A stretch of 64,000 nt of DNA from Cyclobacteriaceae bacterium (lineage in GTDB: Bacteria; Bacteroidota; Bacteroidia; Cytophagales; Cyclobacteriaceae): NCBI GenBank assembly GCA_043777495.1, contig JAYWHU010000031.1:368-64367 (forward strand). Reading direction: 5' to 3'. A program made the position numbers and the translations under genes. Of this stretch, positions 9,982-17,621 are shown one piece after another. The notes under the pieces were generated by a model that searched no databases, was not told where the DNA came from, and was given only the letters and a program-made list of their open reading frames with translations. Every line of letters begins with the position of its first letter. The stretch's first letter is position 1.

Positions 9982-10962
9982 ATGAAGGTAAACGCTATTC
10001 ACTACTTATTTTTCATTTTACTTGTTCTATTCAGCCGTATTTCTTGGTCGCAAGAAAATATTAATCGTTCTAAAATAGAGGGTAAAGCCATTGCTACCAT
10101 CCATTCAGAAGGCTATCCTGATTGGGTAGAGATCGGAAAAAATTCTGTTTGGATTTCCAATGAAGGATTAAATCTGATGCAGCGCTACGACCCGCAAACA
10201 AATAAAATCTTAGCCAATGTAAAAGTAAAGATGCCTTGTGCTGCGTTTACCATTGGGTTCGGTTCGGTGTGGGTAGCGAGTTGTGCCGATCATACAATTG
10301 TAAGAATTAATTTAAAGAACAATCAAATCGAAGCGGCTATTCCCTTGGCCATTGCGGATGCAGAAGGAAGTATAGTGGCAGCAGAAGGTGGTGTGTGGGT
10401 ATTGTCTGATAAGAAAGGAAAGCTTTTGAGAATTGATCCAAGTACAAATAAAATTACTGCAGTAATAGAAGTAGCTCCCAATTCTTTTGCCGCAGTCGCG
10501 GGATATGGATCAATTTGGATTACCAATACAGGTGACGATGCAAATGTGAATGGCTCGGTGCAGCGAATAAATCCAAAAACAAATAAGATCGAAGCAACCA
10601 TTTCGGTAGGCAAACAGCCGCGCTTCCTAGCAGCAGGCGAAAACGGAATCTGGACACTCAATCAAACGGATGGTTCTGTTTCTCACATCGATCCAAAAAC
10701 AAATAAACTAATTACAACCATTTTATGCGATGTGCCTGGCACAGGTGGAGACATTTCTGCGGGCGAAGGTTACGTGTGGGTGCGGGCCAAAAAGGAATTG
10801 TTGTTAGTGATCGACCCAAAACAAAATAAGATCGTAGAAATTCTGGGACCACCAGCAGGAAGCGGAGCCGTGAGAGCAAGCCATGGCTCAGTGTGGGTAA
10901 CAGCACATGACATTAATAAAATCTGGAAGCTTGATCCTAAATCTTTCAACAAGAAAAAATAA
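9982..10962 (+). CDS. secreted YVTN/Vgb-like beta-propeller repeat protein
   Basis: Signal peptide and about seven repeats of G.GSVWV...V.RIDP.TNKI.A.I. Confidence 0.75.
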   Translation: MKVNAIHYLFFILLVLFSRISWSQENINRSKIEGKAIATIHSEGYPDWVEIGKNSVWISNEGLNLMQRYDPQTNKILANVKVKMPCAAFTIGFGSVWVASCADHTIVRINLKNNQIEAAIPLAIADAEGSIVAAEGGVWVLSDKKGKLLRIDPSTNKITAVIEVAPNSFAAVAGYGSIWITNTGDDANVNGSVQRINPKTNKIEATISVGKQPRFLAAGENGIWTLNQTDGSVSHIDPKTNKLITTILCDVPGTGGDISAGEGYVWVRAKKELLLVIDPKQNKIVEILGPPAGSGAVRASHGSVWVTAHDINKIWKLDPKSFNKKK

Positions 10963-11067
10963 AACAATGGACTTCATCAAAACTTACTGCCTCATTACCG
11001 ACAGCTAGATTGATGTTTCATAAAAACAAACTTTATCTGTAATTTTCCTTTGGCATAATCAACTACC

Positions 11068-12093
11068 ATGGAAAAAAAGGGAATATCACGGAAAAAAAGA
11101 AAATCCGCCAATAAGATATTGAAATGGGATTACTATGACGCCAATGGTAAATTAATTTCTAATCTCAAAATAATTGAGCGCTGCAATAAATTAGTACTGC
11201 CACCCGCATGGCTGGACGTTTGGATATCGTTGGATTCAAAGGCTCACCTACAAGCCACCGGCAAAGATGCCAAAGGACGACTGCAATATCGGTATCATGA
11301 AAACTGGACGAACGCCCGTGCAGAAGAGAAGTTTGATGGCATGACGGTGTTTGCAACAACACTTCCTTCGATCAGAAAAAAAATAGAATCCGATTTGAAA
11401 CTAAAAGGGATGCCTAAAGATAAAGTGGTAGCCTTGATCATCAAGTTAATCGATCTCTATCATTTTCGCGTGGGCAATGATGAATATGCAAAAAAGAATA
11501 AGTCCTATGGATTAACCACTTTAACAAAAGGGCACGTGATCATCGACCGATCGAAAGAAGCAGAAGGAAAATTGGATGCCATCTTCGAGTTTGTAGGGAA
11601 ATCAGGTAAACTTTGGAAGCGAAGAATTTGGGAAGATGATCTGGCTGCACTCATCATGGCATCAGGGAAAGTGGGGGGTAATAAAAAAAGCCAAGACTTG
11701 TTTCGATATGAAGATACAAATGGAAGCGACTTCGATATCAAATCAAATCACATCAATGAATACCTCGATGCCCTTACTCCAAAAGATACAAAAGTAACTG
11801 CCAAGGATTTTCGCACGTGGGCGGCCACTTGGAAAACTGCTTCTCGTTTTTCCGAACAATTAGATCCAGATACTGTAACAGCGAGAAAAAGAGTTTCAAA
11901 TGAAGTGATCAAAACAGTTGCATCTGATTTGGGCAATACGCCCACAGTCTGTCGATCCAGTTATATTCATCCTACCATATTATCCGATTGGTCAAAAGGC
12001 AGCTTTCGGTCTAAGTGGAACAAAGCAAGTCGCGGAAGAAAATTGAATGGATTATCGAAAGAAGAAACCACTACGCTTAATTATTTGAGATAA
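11068..12093 (+). CDS. bacterial DNA topoisomerase IB
   Basis: PPAW.DVWI, ATG.DAKGR.QYRYH, FRVGN (R), FVGKSG (K), KDFRTW (K,R), LGNT (N), SYIHP (catalytic Y). Confidence 0.93.
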   Translation: MEKKGISRKKRKSANKILKWDYYDANGKLISNLKIIERCNKLVLPPAWLDVWISLDSKAHLQATGKDAKGRLQYRYHENWTNARAEEKFDGMTVFATTLPSIRKKIESDLKLKGMPKDKVVALIIKLIDLYHFRVGNDEYAKKNKSYGLTTLTKGHVIIDRSKEAEGKLDAIFEFVGKSGKLWKRRIWEDDLAALIMASGKVGGNKKSQDLFRYEDTNGSDFDIKSNHINEYLDALTPKDTKVTAKDFRTWAATWKTASRFSEQLDPDTVTARKRVSNEVIKTVASDLGNTPTVCRSSYIHPTILSDWSKGSFRSKWNKASRGRKLNGLSKEETTTLNYLR

Positions 12094-12118
12094 AGGCAAA
12101 CATAGTTGTAGAGCTCTT

Positions 12119-12589
12119 ATGAAAAAGAAAGTCATCGAACTTCTTGCATTGATCTACCCTGATCTACAACAATTAGAAAATGACTATTTTATAATTGGCA
12201 GTTGCGCCATGCTTTTGTCAGGATTAACTATACCCATTGTTACTGATCTGGATTTACTTATGTCCTCCGCTGATGCGGATACATTGAAAAACAAATGGTC
12301 GCACCGAATACGAAAAGGTTTCACACCTGAAAATCAACATCTCTTCCGCTCTAACTTTGCGCGATTTAATTTTGGTGACTTGGATGTAGAAGTAATGGGC
12401 GACTTGGAAATAAATAAAAATAGTCTGAGGCAACGTGTATCGGTTGAACGTGTGATGGAGATTTCAATTGAAGGCCTGAAAATTAAAATTCCAACACTAG
12501 GAGAACAAAAGAGAATCTTCATGCTTTTTGGAAGAGAGAAGGATATTATAAAGGCCGACCAAATTGAGGTGTATCTAAGTGGTAAGTAG
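12119..12589 (+). CDS. Pol-beta superfamily nucleotidyltransferase-like protein
   Basis: IIGSCAM...TDLDLL (GS...DxD) and a later EV acidic strand. Confidence 0.7.
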   Translation: MKKKVIELLALIYPDLQQLENDYFIIGSCAMLLSGLTIPIVTDLDLLMSSADADTLKNKWSHRIRKGFTPENQHLFRSNFARFNFGDLDVEVMGDLEINKNSLRQRVSVERVMEISIEGLKIKIPTLGEQKRIFMLFGREKDIIKADQIEVYLSGK

Positions 12590-12610
12590 CTCAGCTATCC
12601 GAAAGACTTA

Positions 12611-13207
12611 CTAACTCAATTCAAATTCTTCACAATCAATCCGAATATCCTGCACTTGCAACTTCTGTTCCAGCAAGCTACAAAAGGCATTCTTGTTCTT
12701 CATCGAATAATGTTTGCAATTAAAACAAGTGCGCTGCACACTAATGATCTGCAGTTTATTCAATTGAGATATGAGCGAGTAAATGCTCTCCCACAATACT
12801 AACTTATCTACTTGTTTTGATTTTGAAACTATTTCAGTGAGCGGATTTGCAAAGTCCTCCGTTTCTGTAACAATTTTAATTCCCGCAGCCGTTAGTTGAA
12901 TAGTATAGCTCCTAGTATCGTTAGCATCAATAGATTTTTTGATAATTTTTTTCTGCTCCAATACTTTGATGGCATCGCTGATGGTTGGCTTGGTCAGATT
13001 GAATTCCTGTGCCAAATAACTCACCGTTGACTTATCTTGCGAATGATGTTTGATAAAGATAAGCAACTGTATCTGTATGGGGCTTAAGCCATGTTCTTTT
13101 GCTTTTTCCCAAAGCAAAATGCGAAACACTTGCGACAAGCGTTCCAGTCCAGCAACTATTTTATTGTCGAGGTTAGAATTTTGATCGTCTAATTTAAATA
13201 CCGACAC
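12611..13207 (-). CDS. MarR-family regulator with C-terminal Cys-rich domain
   Basis: wHTH LAQEFNLTKPTISDAIKVLEQK...DTRS..I.LT..G; C-terminal CFNC-x13-C-x15-C. Confidence 0.85.
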   Translation of the reverse strand: MSVFKLDDQNSNLDNKIVAGLERLSQVFRILLWEKAKEHGLSPIQIQLLIFIKHHSQDKSTVSYLAQEFNLTKPTISDAIKVLEQKKIIKKSIDANDTRSYTIQLTAAGIKIVTETEDFANPLTEIVSKSKQVDKLVLWESIYSLISQLNKLQIISVQRTCFNCKHYSMKNKNAFCSLLEQKLQVQDIRIDCEEFELS

Positions 13208-13209
13208 TT

Positions 13210-13470
13210 TTAACAGTTTTCCATTTCAATAATATAGTAACCTTTTTGCTGGATACTTCTCTCTATTTCCGCAGAGGCCTTTTCAATGTGACAGAAGCTA
13301 CATTCTTTTGTTGTCAACTCTTGGCTGTCCTGATGTTTTGATTGTAAGTATTCCTTACCAAAGGTATAAATTACTTTTTCATTCACTACACTTTGTGGTG
13401 CGATAATATCGAAGTGCATGATCTTGCCGTCTGTCTTCGTTACATACGTGTCCCAAACTGCTACTTGCAT
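13210..13470 (-). CDS. DUF2024-like small protein
   Basis: MQVAVWDTYVTK.DGK.MHFDII...ECSFCH pattern from ATG 13470. Family recognised from memory. Confidence 0.7.
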   Translation of the reverse strand: MQVAVWDTYVTKTDGKIMHFDIIAPQSVVNEKVIYTFGKEYLQSKHQDSQELTTKECSFCHIEKASAEIERSIQQKGYYIIEMENC

Positions 13471-13546
13471 AGTTTTTTTATTATTTAAAAAGAAAAAAGG
13501 CCGAATTGACAAAGCAACCCAGCCATTCTTACTTATTTTTTACCAA

Positions 13547-14125
13547 TTAAAATTCATTTTTGCTAATGTACGGGTATGTCCAAAGAATTACCGTTAAGGT
13601 TACCGCTTTGAACCAAGCCGCATACATCGCCTCTACGGTATTTGCATCATGCCCCTTTTTGGCAAGAAAGCCCTTGATGGTTGCCGTAATAGGAAAAATG
13701 AAAGCCACCATGTAGCGATAGTGAATAATCGGCACTGCGTCTACACCATCTGTTTTGTTCTTCTTAGAAGTGTGATGGCGCAGTGCAATTTCGTGTTGGT
13801 AGTTCAACCAAGTTTGGTCATACGGCTTATTGCATAAGTCCATGATCCATTGGCCAAACCGAGCCCTGACCGCTGTGAGATACTCCACGTTCGGCTTGTT
13901 ATCCTTGCCAAAGTAATGAACAAGGTGTTCATTGCCTCCCACAAAACCATACCAAAGATCAAGTACTTCATTGGTTTGGTCTTTCAATACCTCGCCCGCT
14001 AGGCGAAGATTCTTTTCATCTTCTTCCGTAAATAATACGGTTTTCTTAAGAAGGTTTAAATCGGCAATGCTTACAGGTGATTGCCCTACTTGCCCGTAGG
14101 CGTAACCTTTTATTTGATCTGCCAT
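13547..14125 (-). CDS. protoglobin
   Basis: 192 aa; GY.YG...SPVS..DL.LLK.TVLF N-terminus, R.RFGQWIMDLC, YQHEIALRHH..KKNKTDG. Confidence 0.88.
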   Translation of the reverse strand: MADQIKGYAYGQVGQSPVSIADLNLLKKTVLFTEEDEKNLRLAGEVLKDQTNEVLDLWYGFVGGNEHLVHYFGKDNKPNVEYLTAVRARFGQWIMDLCNKPYDQTWLNYQHEIALRHHTSKKNKTDGVDAVPIIHYRYMVAFIFPITATIKGFLAKKGHDANTVEAMYAAWFKAVTLTVILWTYPYISKNEF

Positions 14126-14240
14126 TTTATAAAGGGATTAAGATTAATTGATGAGGCAAATATAGTAAGGATTCCTAACTATAAAAAGGAATAGCAAGAA
14201 TACTATAAAAAAAATCCGTCAAGAACCGATAGTTGCCCCC

Positions 14241-14474
14241 TCTAATTTTGTTCGTTTTGATTTTGGAGATATTGAAGTAATGGGCAATTTAGAAGTTTGC
14301 AAGAATAGTCAATGGCTACCTGTTTGGGTAGAGCAGTCTGTGGTATTTTCAATCGAAGAATTTCAGATTAAAATTCCAACATTAGAAGACCAAAAGAGAA
14401 TCTTCTTGCTTTTTGGTAGAGAGAAGGATATGGCAAAGGCTAACCAGATCATATACTATCAAAGAGGCAATTAG
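14241..14474 (+). pseudogene. 5'-truncated paralog of the 12119-12589 nucleotidyltransferase
   Basis: SNFVRFDFGDIEVMG...KIPTLEDQKRIFLLFGREKD aligns with the C-terminal half of 12119-12589. In-frame stop upstream at 14166; the GS/DxD half is absent. Confidence 0.75.
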
Positions 14475-14608
14475 GGGATCCTACAATTGCTTGGTCGACA
14501 TTCAAGCAAACTCTGTCAAAATCCACTTTTTAGGGGAGGCAACTGTTATTAAAATACGCCATCTTTGTTAAGGGCTTTAGATTGCTTTTTACCTCTAGAC
14601 CGACCTTC

Positions 14609-17110
14609 ATGAAAATTTCGAATAATTTCAAAGGGCTATGGTTGGCGGCTTTAATCTCATTTTCAAATGTACCTGCTTGGGCGATACCGTTTTATTGGGT
14701 GGCTCCGGCTGGTGCGCAAGTCTGGAATGACCCACAAAACTGGTCGCTCACCAGAGGTGGCAGTGGCGGTGCCGGTGTGCCCGGCCTTGGTGATGATGCC
14801 ATTTTCGACAGCAACGGGGCTGGTGATTGCTTTGTTGACGTTGCCGTGGAAGTTGGATCGTTGTCATTCGAAACAGGTTTTTCTGGCTCGATTGATCTGG
14901 GTAATGGTATACTACGCACGCAACAAATCGTCAACTTTCAAACCCCCATGCAAAACGGTTCTGTGCAGGTGCTGGGCGGCAGAATTCAAATACAAACTTC
15001 AAACCTTGCGATTGAACTAATTGGAATTTCCGATGATATTAATTTGCTGAGCAATACCATCCAGAGTGTAACCCTAACCGTAACAGGCACCTCTCTCAAT
15101 TCGGTAACCAGCAACACTTTTACATCCACGATCGACTTCAGTCGTACAGGGCCAGGCGTGCTCGTCTTCGATTCGAATTCGTTTCAGGATGTTACATTAA
15201 GAAATCAGAATAATGTCGGGTCCATCATCGCGCAGGGTATTGAAAGCTATAACACGTTGTATGCATACAATGAAGCTAACTCATCCGTTGATCTGGCCTA
15301 CACAGGGGGCGCCACTACCTTTAGCAATCAGGTTGTTTTGGTGAATACTCAAAACGGCACCATCAGCATGGGTTTGGGCGGTGGAACGGCCACGGTGGGA
15401 AATTTTGCAAGCCTTCAAATCAATGATTTCGGTATAGGGACTGTGTCTTTGAACAACCTTACGGTAAATGGAACTTACAACCCATTCCTTACAACACTCA
15501 CGGGCACAACCCATCTCCACCTGGCCAACTGCACGTTCAACTCTCCGTTCAATCAGATAATACCCCGCATCACCTGCGGGACTGGAAATCAGTTTAACGA
15601 TGCTTTTCTTGTAGATGTAACGGGTGACCACCCAAGTTTCATCTCAGGAAATTTTAATGAGCGTGCAGACATTATCCGAAATGGAGTCGGCAATCTCTCC
15701 GTTTCATCAGGAATTTTTCTTGATCTTGCCTTTGTGCGAAATGAATCTTCCTCGGGCTCTTTACAACTCTTTGAAAACACCTTTAACCAATCGGTCACAT
15801 TCACAAGGACGAACGGGATATTGCAACCCAGCGCCAGTAGCACAAGTATTTTTCGTGGCAGCGTAACATTCAATACTGGAACTAGTGGAAGTGATTTTGT
15901 GGTTGGCAGCTCACCAACGCAAGGAGTGATGCGATTAGAAGGGGGCATTGATCAAAATGTAAACGCAAGTGGAACCTCTAACATCATCATTCATCGCATA
16001 GACCTTGACAAAAGCGCAGGTGTGATTAATGTTAATACACCACTCTCCGTTGCTACTTCGTTAGCTTTTACTCAAGGCATCATTCGCACCACCGATACTA
16101 ACTTCATTCGCTTCCTCGGTGGAGCCACTGCTTCTGGTGCATCAACTACCAGCCATGTAGATGGACCAGTAAGAAAATTGGGCAACAATGCTTTCACGTT
16201 TCCGGTTGGTGATGGTGGCATCTTCCGCCCAATTGCTATTTCCGCACCTTCGTCCGCTACAGACGAATTTACAGCAAGCTTTTTTCACACCGCTCATCCT
16301 TTTGGTGGAACTGCAACTTATTCCGCTCCATTAGTTGCAGTAAGCACTTGCGAGTACTGGACGCTTGATCGCACCGCAGGTACATCCAACGTTTTTGTTA
16401 CGCTCGGCTGGCAGACTGTAGATTGCCCCGCACCTTACATTACAGATCCAACGACACTGCATGTAGCCCGTTGGAATGGAACTCAGTGGGTTAGCCACGG
16501 GCAGGGAAGTTTTACAGGTTCAAGTGCGGTAGGGACAGTAACCTCTGCTGCGGTTGTTTCATCGTTCAGTCCATTTGCGTTGGGGTCAACCACGCTTTCT
16601 AACCCACTGCCAATACAACTGCTAGACTTTGCTGCTTTGCCACAAGCCAGTGGCGTTGAACTTCTTTGGCGTACTGCCTCCGAAATTAATAGCGACTACT
16701 TTGCCATGCAGCGCAGTGCCACTGGCATCGAGTTTGAAACCATCGCCCAAGTGCCTGCGGCCAAGTTTTCGCAATCCACATTGCAATACAGCTATCATGA
16801 TAAGCATCCTTTAGTGGGAATATCCTATTATCGATTAAAGATGATAGACCAAGACGGCACCGCTGAATTTTCAAAAGTAGTGCTTTTAAACTTCGATGAA
16901 AAACCATTTCAGGTTTATCCAAACCCAACTACCGATGTTTTGTATTTTACGGAGAAAAGAAACATACGGATTTATGATCTGCTGGGAGTGATCCTCCTGC
17001 AATCAGCAGACTCTATACGTGAAATTAAAATTCCACCGCACTTGGCCGCAGGAAACTACATTCTTCAAACGGACCAAAGTGAATTCATTCGGATTGTCAT
17101 CGTCCACTAA
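14609..17110 (+). CDS. T9SS type-A C-terminal-domain protein with beta-helix-like passenger
   Basis: Signal peptide, W.DP.NWS...GVPG..DDAIFD motif, Asn/Thr/Gly-rich repeats, LPIQLLDF Ig-like domain, VYPNP..D CTD. Confidence 0.8.
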   Translation: MKISNNFKGLWLAALISFSNVPAWAIPFYWVAPAGAQVWNDPQNWSLTRGGSGGAGVPGLGDDAIFDSNGAGDCFVDVAVEVGSLSFETGFSGSIDLGNGILRTQQIVNFQTPMQNGSVQVLGGRIQIQTSNLAIELIGISDDINLLSNTIQSVTLTVTGTSLNSVTSNTFTSTIDFSRTGPGVLVFDSNSFQDVTLRNQNNVGSIIAQGIESYNTLYAYNEANSSVDLAYTGGATTFSNQVVLVNTQNGTISMGLGGGTATVGNFASLQINDFGIGTVSLNNLTVNGTYNPFLTTLTGTTHLHLANCTFNSPFNQIIPRITCGTGNQFNDAFLVDVTGDHPSFISGNFNERADIIRNGVGNLSVSSGIFLDLAFVRNESSSGSLQLFENTFNQSVTFTRTNGILQPSASSTSIFRGSVTFNTGTSGSDFVVGSSPTQGVMRLEGGIDQNVNASGTSNIIIHRIDLDKSAGVINVNTPLSVATSLAFTQGIIRTTDTNFIRFLGGATASGASTTSHVDGPVRKLGNNAFTFPVGDGGIFRPIAISAPSSATDEFTASFFHTAHPFGGTATYSAPLVAVSTCEYWTLDRTAGTSNVFVTLGWQTVDCPAPYITDPTTLHVARWNGTQWVSHGQGSFTGSSAVGTVTSAAVVSSFSPFALGSTTLSNPLPIQLLDFAALPQASGVELLWRTASEINSDYFAMQRSATGIEFETIAQVPAAKFSQSTLQYSYHDKHPLVGISYYRLKMIDQDGTAEFSKVVLLNFDEKPFQVYPNPTTDVLYFTEKRNIRIYDLLGVILLQSADSIREIKIPPHLAAGNYILQTDQSEFIRIVIVH

Positions 17111-17194
17111 ATCCAGTCATTCGATTAAGCTACTCTAGAAATATGAAACATATTTATTACTTTCACGTTTGCAGGACTAATCTTTAATTGATAT

Positions 17195-17533
17195 ATGAAA
17201 GGAACTTACCTAGGTGAACTCGAAGAATTGGTGCTTTTGCACGTAGGCATCCTCTACCCCGAAGCATACGGTGTGGCCGTAATGGACGAAATAGAAAAGC
17301 AGGCGGGTCGTAGTTTAAATATCAGTGCAGTACATTCGGTACTGACCCGCTTAGAGGAAAAAGGTTACCTGAAATCTAAAATGGGCGATCCTACGGAAGA
17401 GCGAGGCGGTAGAAGGAAAAGAATCTTTTTATTGACGGCTGCGGGGAAACGTGCATTAGAAGATGCAAATGAATTACGTAATCAGTTGTACAGTCAGATA
17501 CCGAGGGTGGCATTACAGTTTAGACTTATATGA
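17195..17533 (+). CDS. PadR-family transcriptional regulator
   Basis: LGELEELVLL...YGVAV...AVHSVLTRLEEKG...RGGRRKRIF.LT..G. Confidence 0.92.
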   Translation: MKGTYLGELEELVLLHVGILYPEAYGVAVMDEIEKQAGRSLNISAVHSVLTRLEEKGYLKSKMGDPTEERGGRRKRIFLLTAAGKRALEDANELRNQLYSQIPRVALQFRLI

Positions 17534-17536
17534 AAA

Positions 17537-17610
17537 AGTAGGCAGTAACCAGTAGCCACTAGGCAGTAATTGTCCGAGACTTCTTACTGCAATCTGCTTA
17601 CTGCCGACTA
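17537..17610. repeat. heptamer tract plus complementary heptamer tract (hairpin)
   Basis: AGTAGGC AGTAACC AGTAGCC ACTAGGC AGTAATT, then CTTACTG CAATCTG CTTACTG. Confidence 0.6.
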
Positions 17611-17621
17611 TTAAAAAATAT

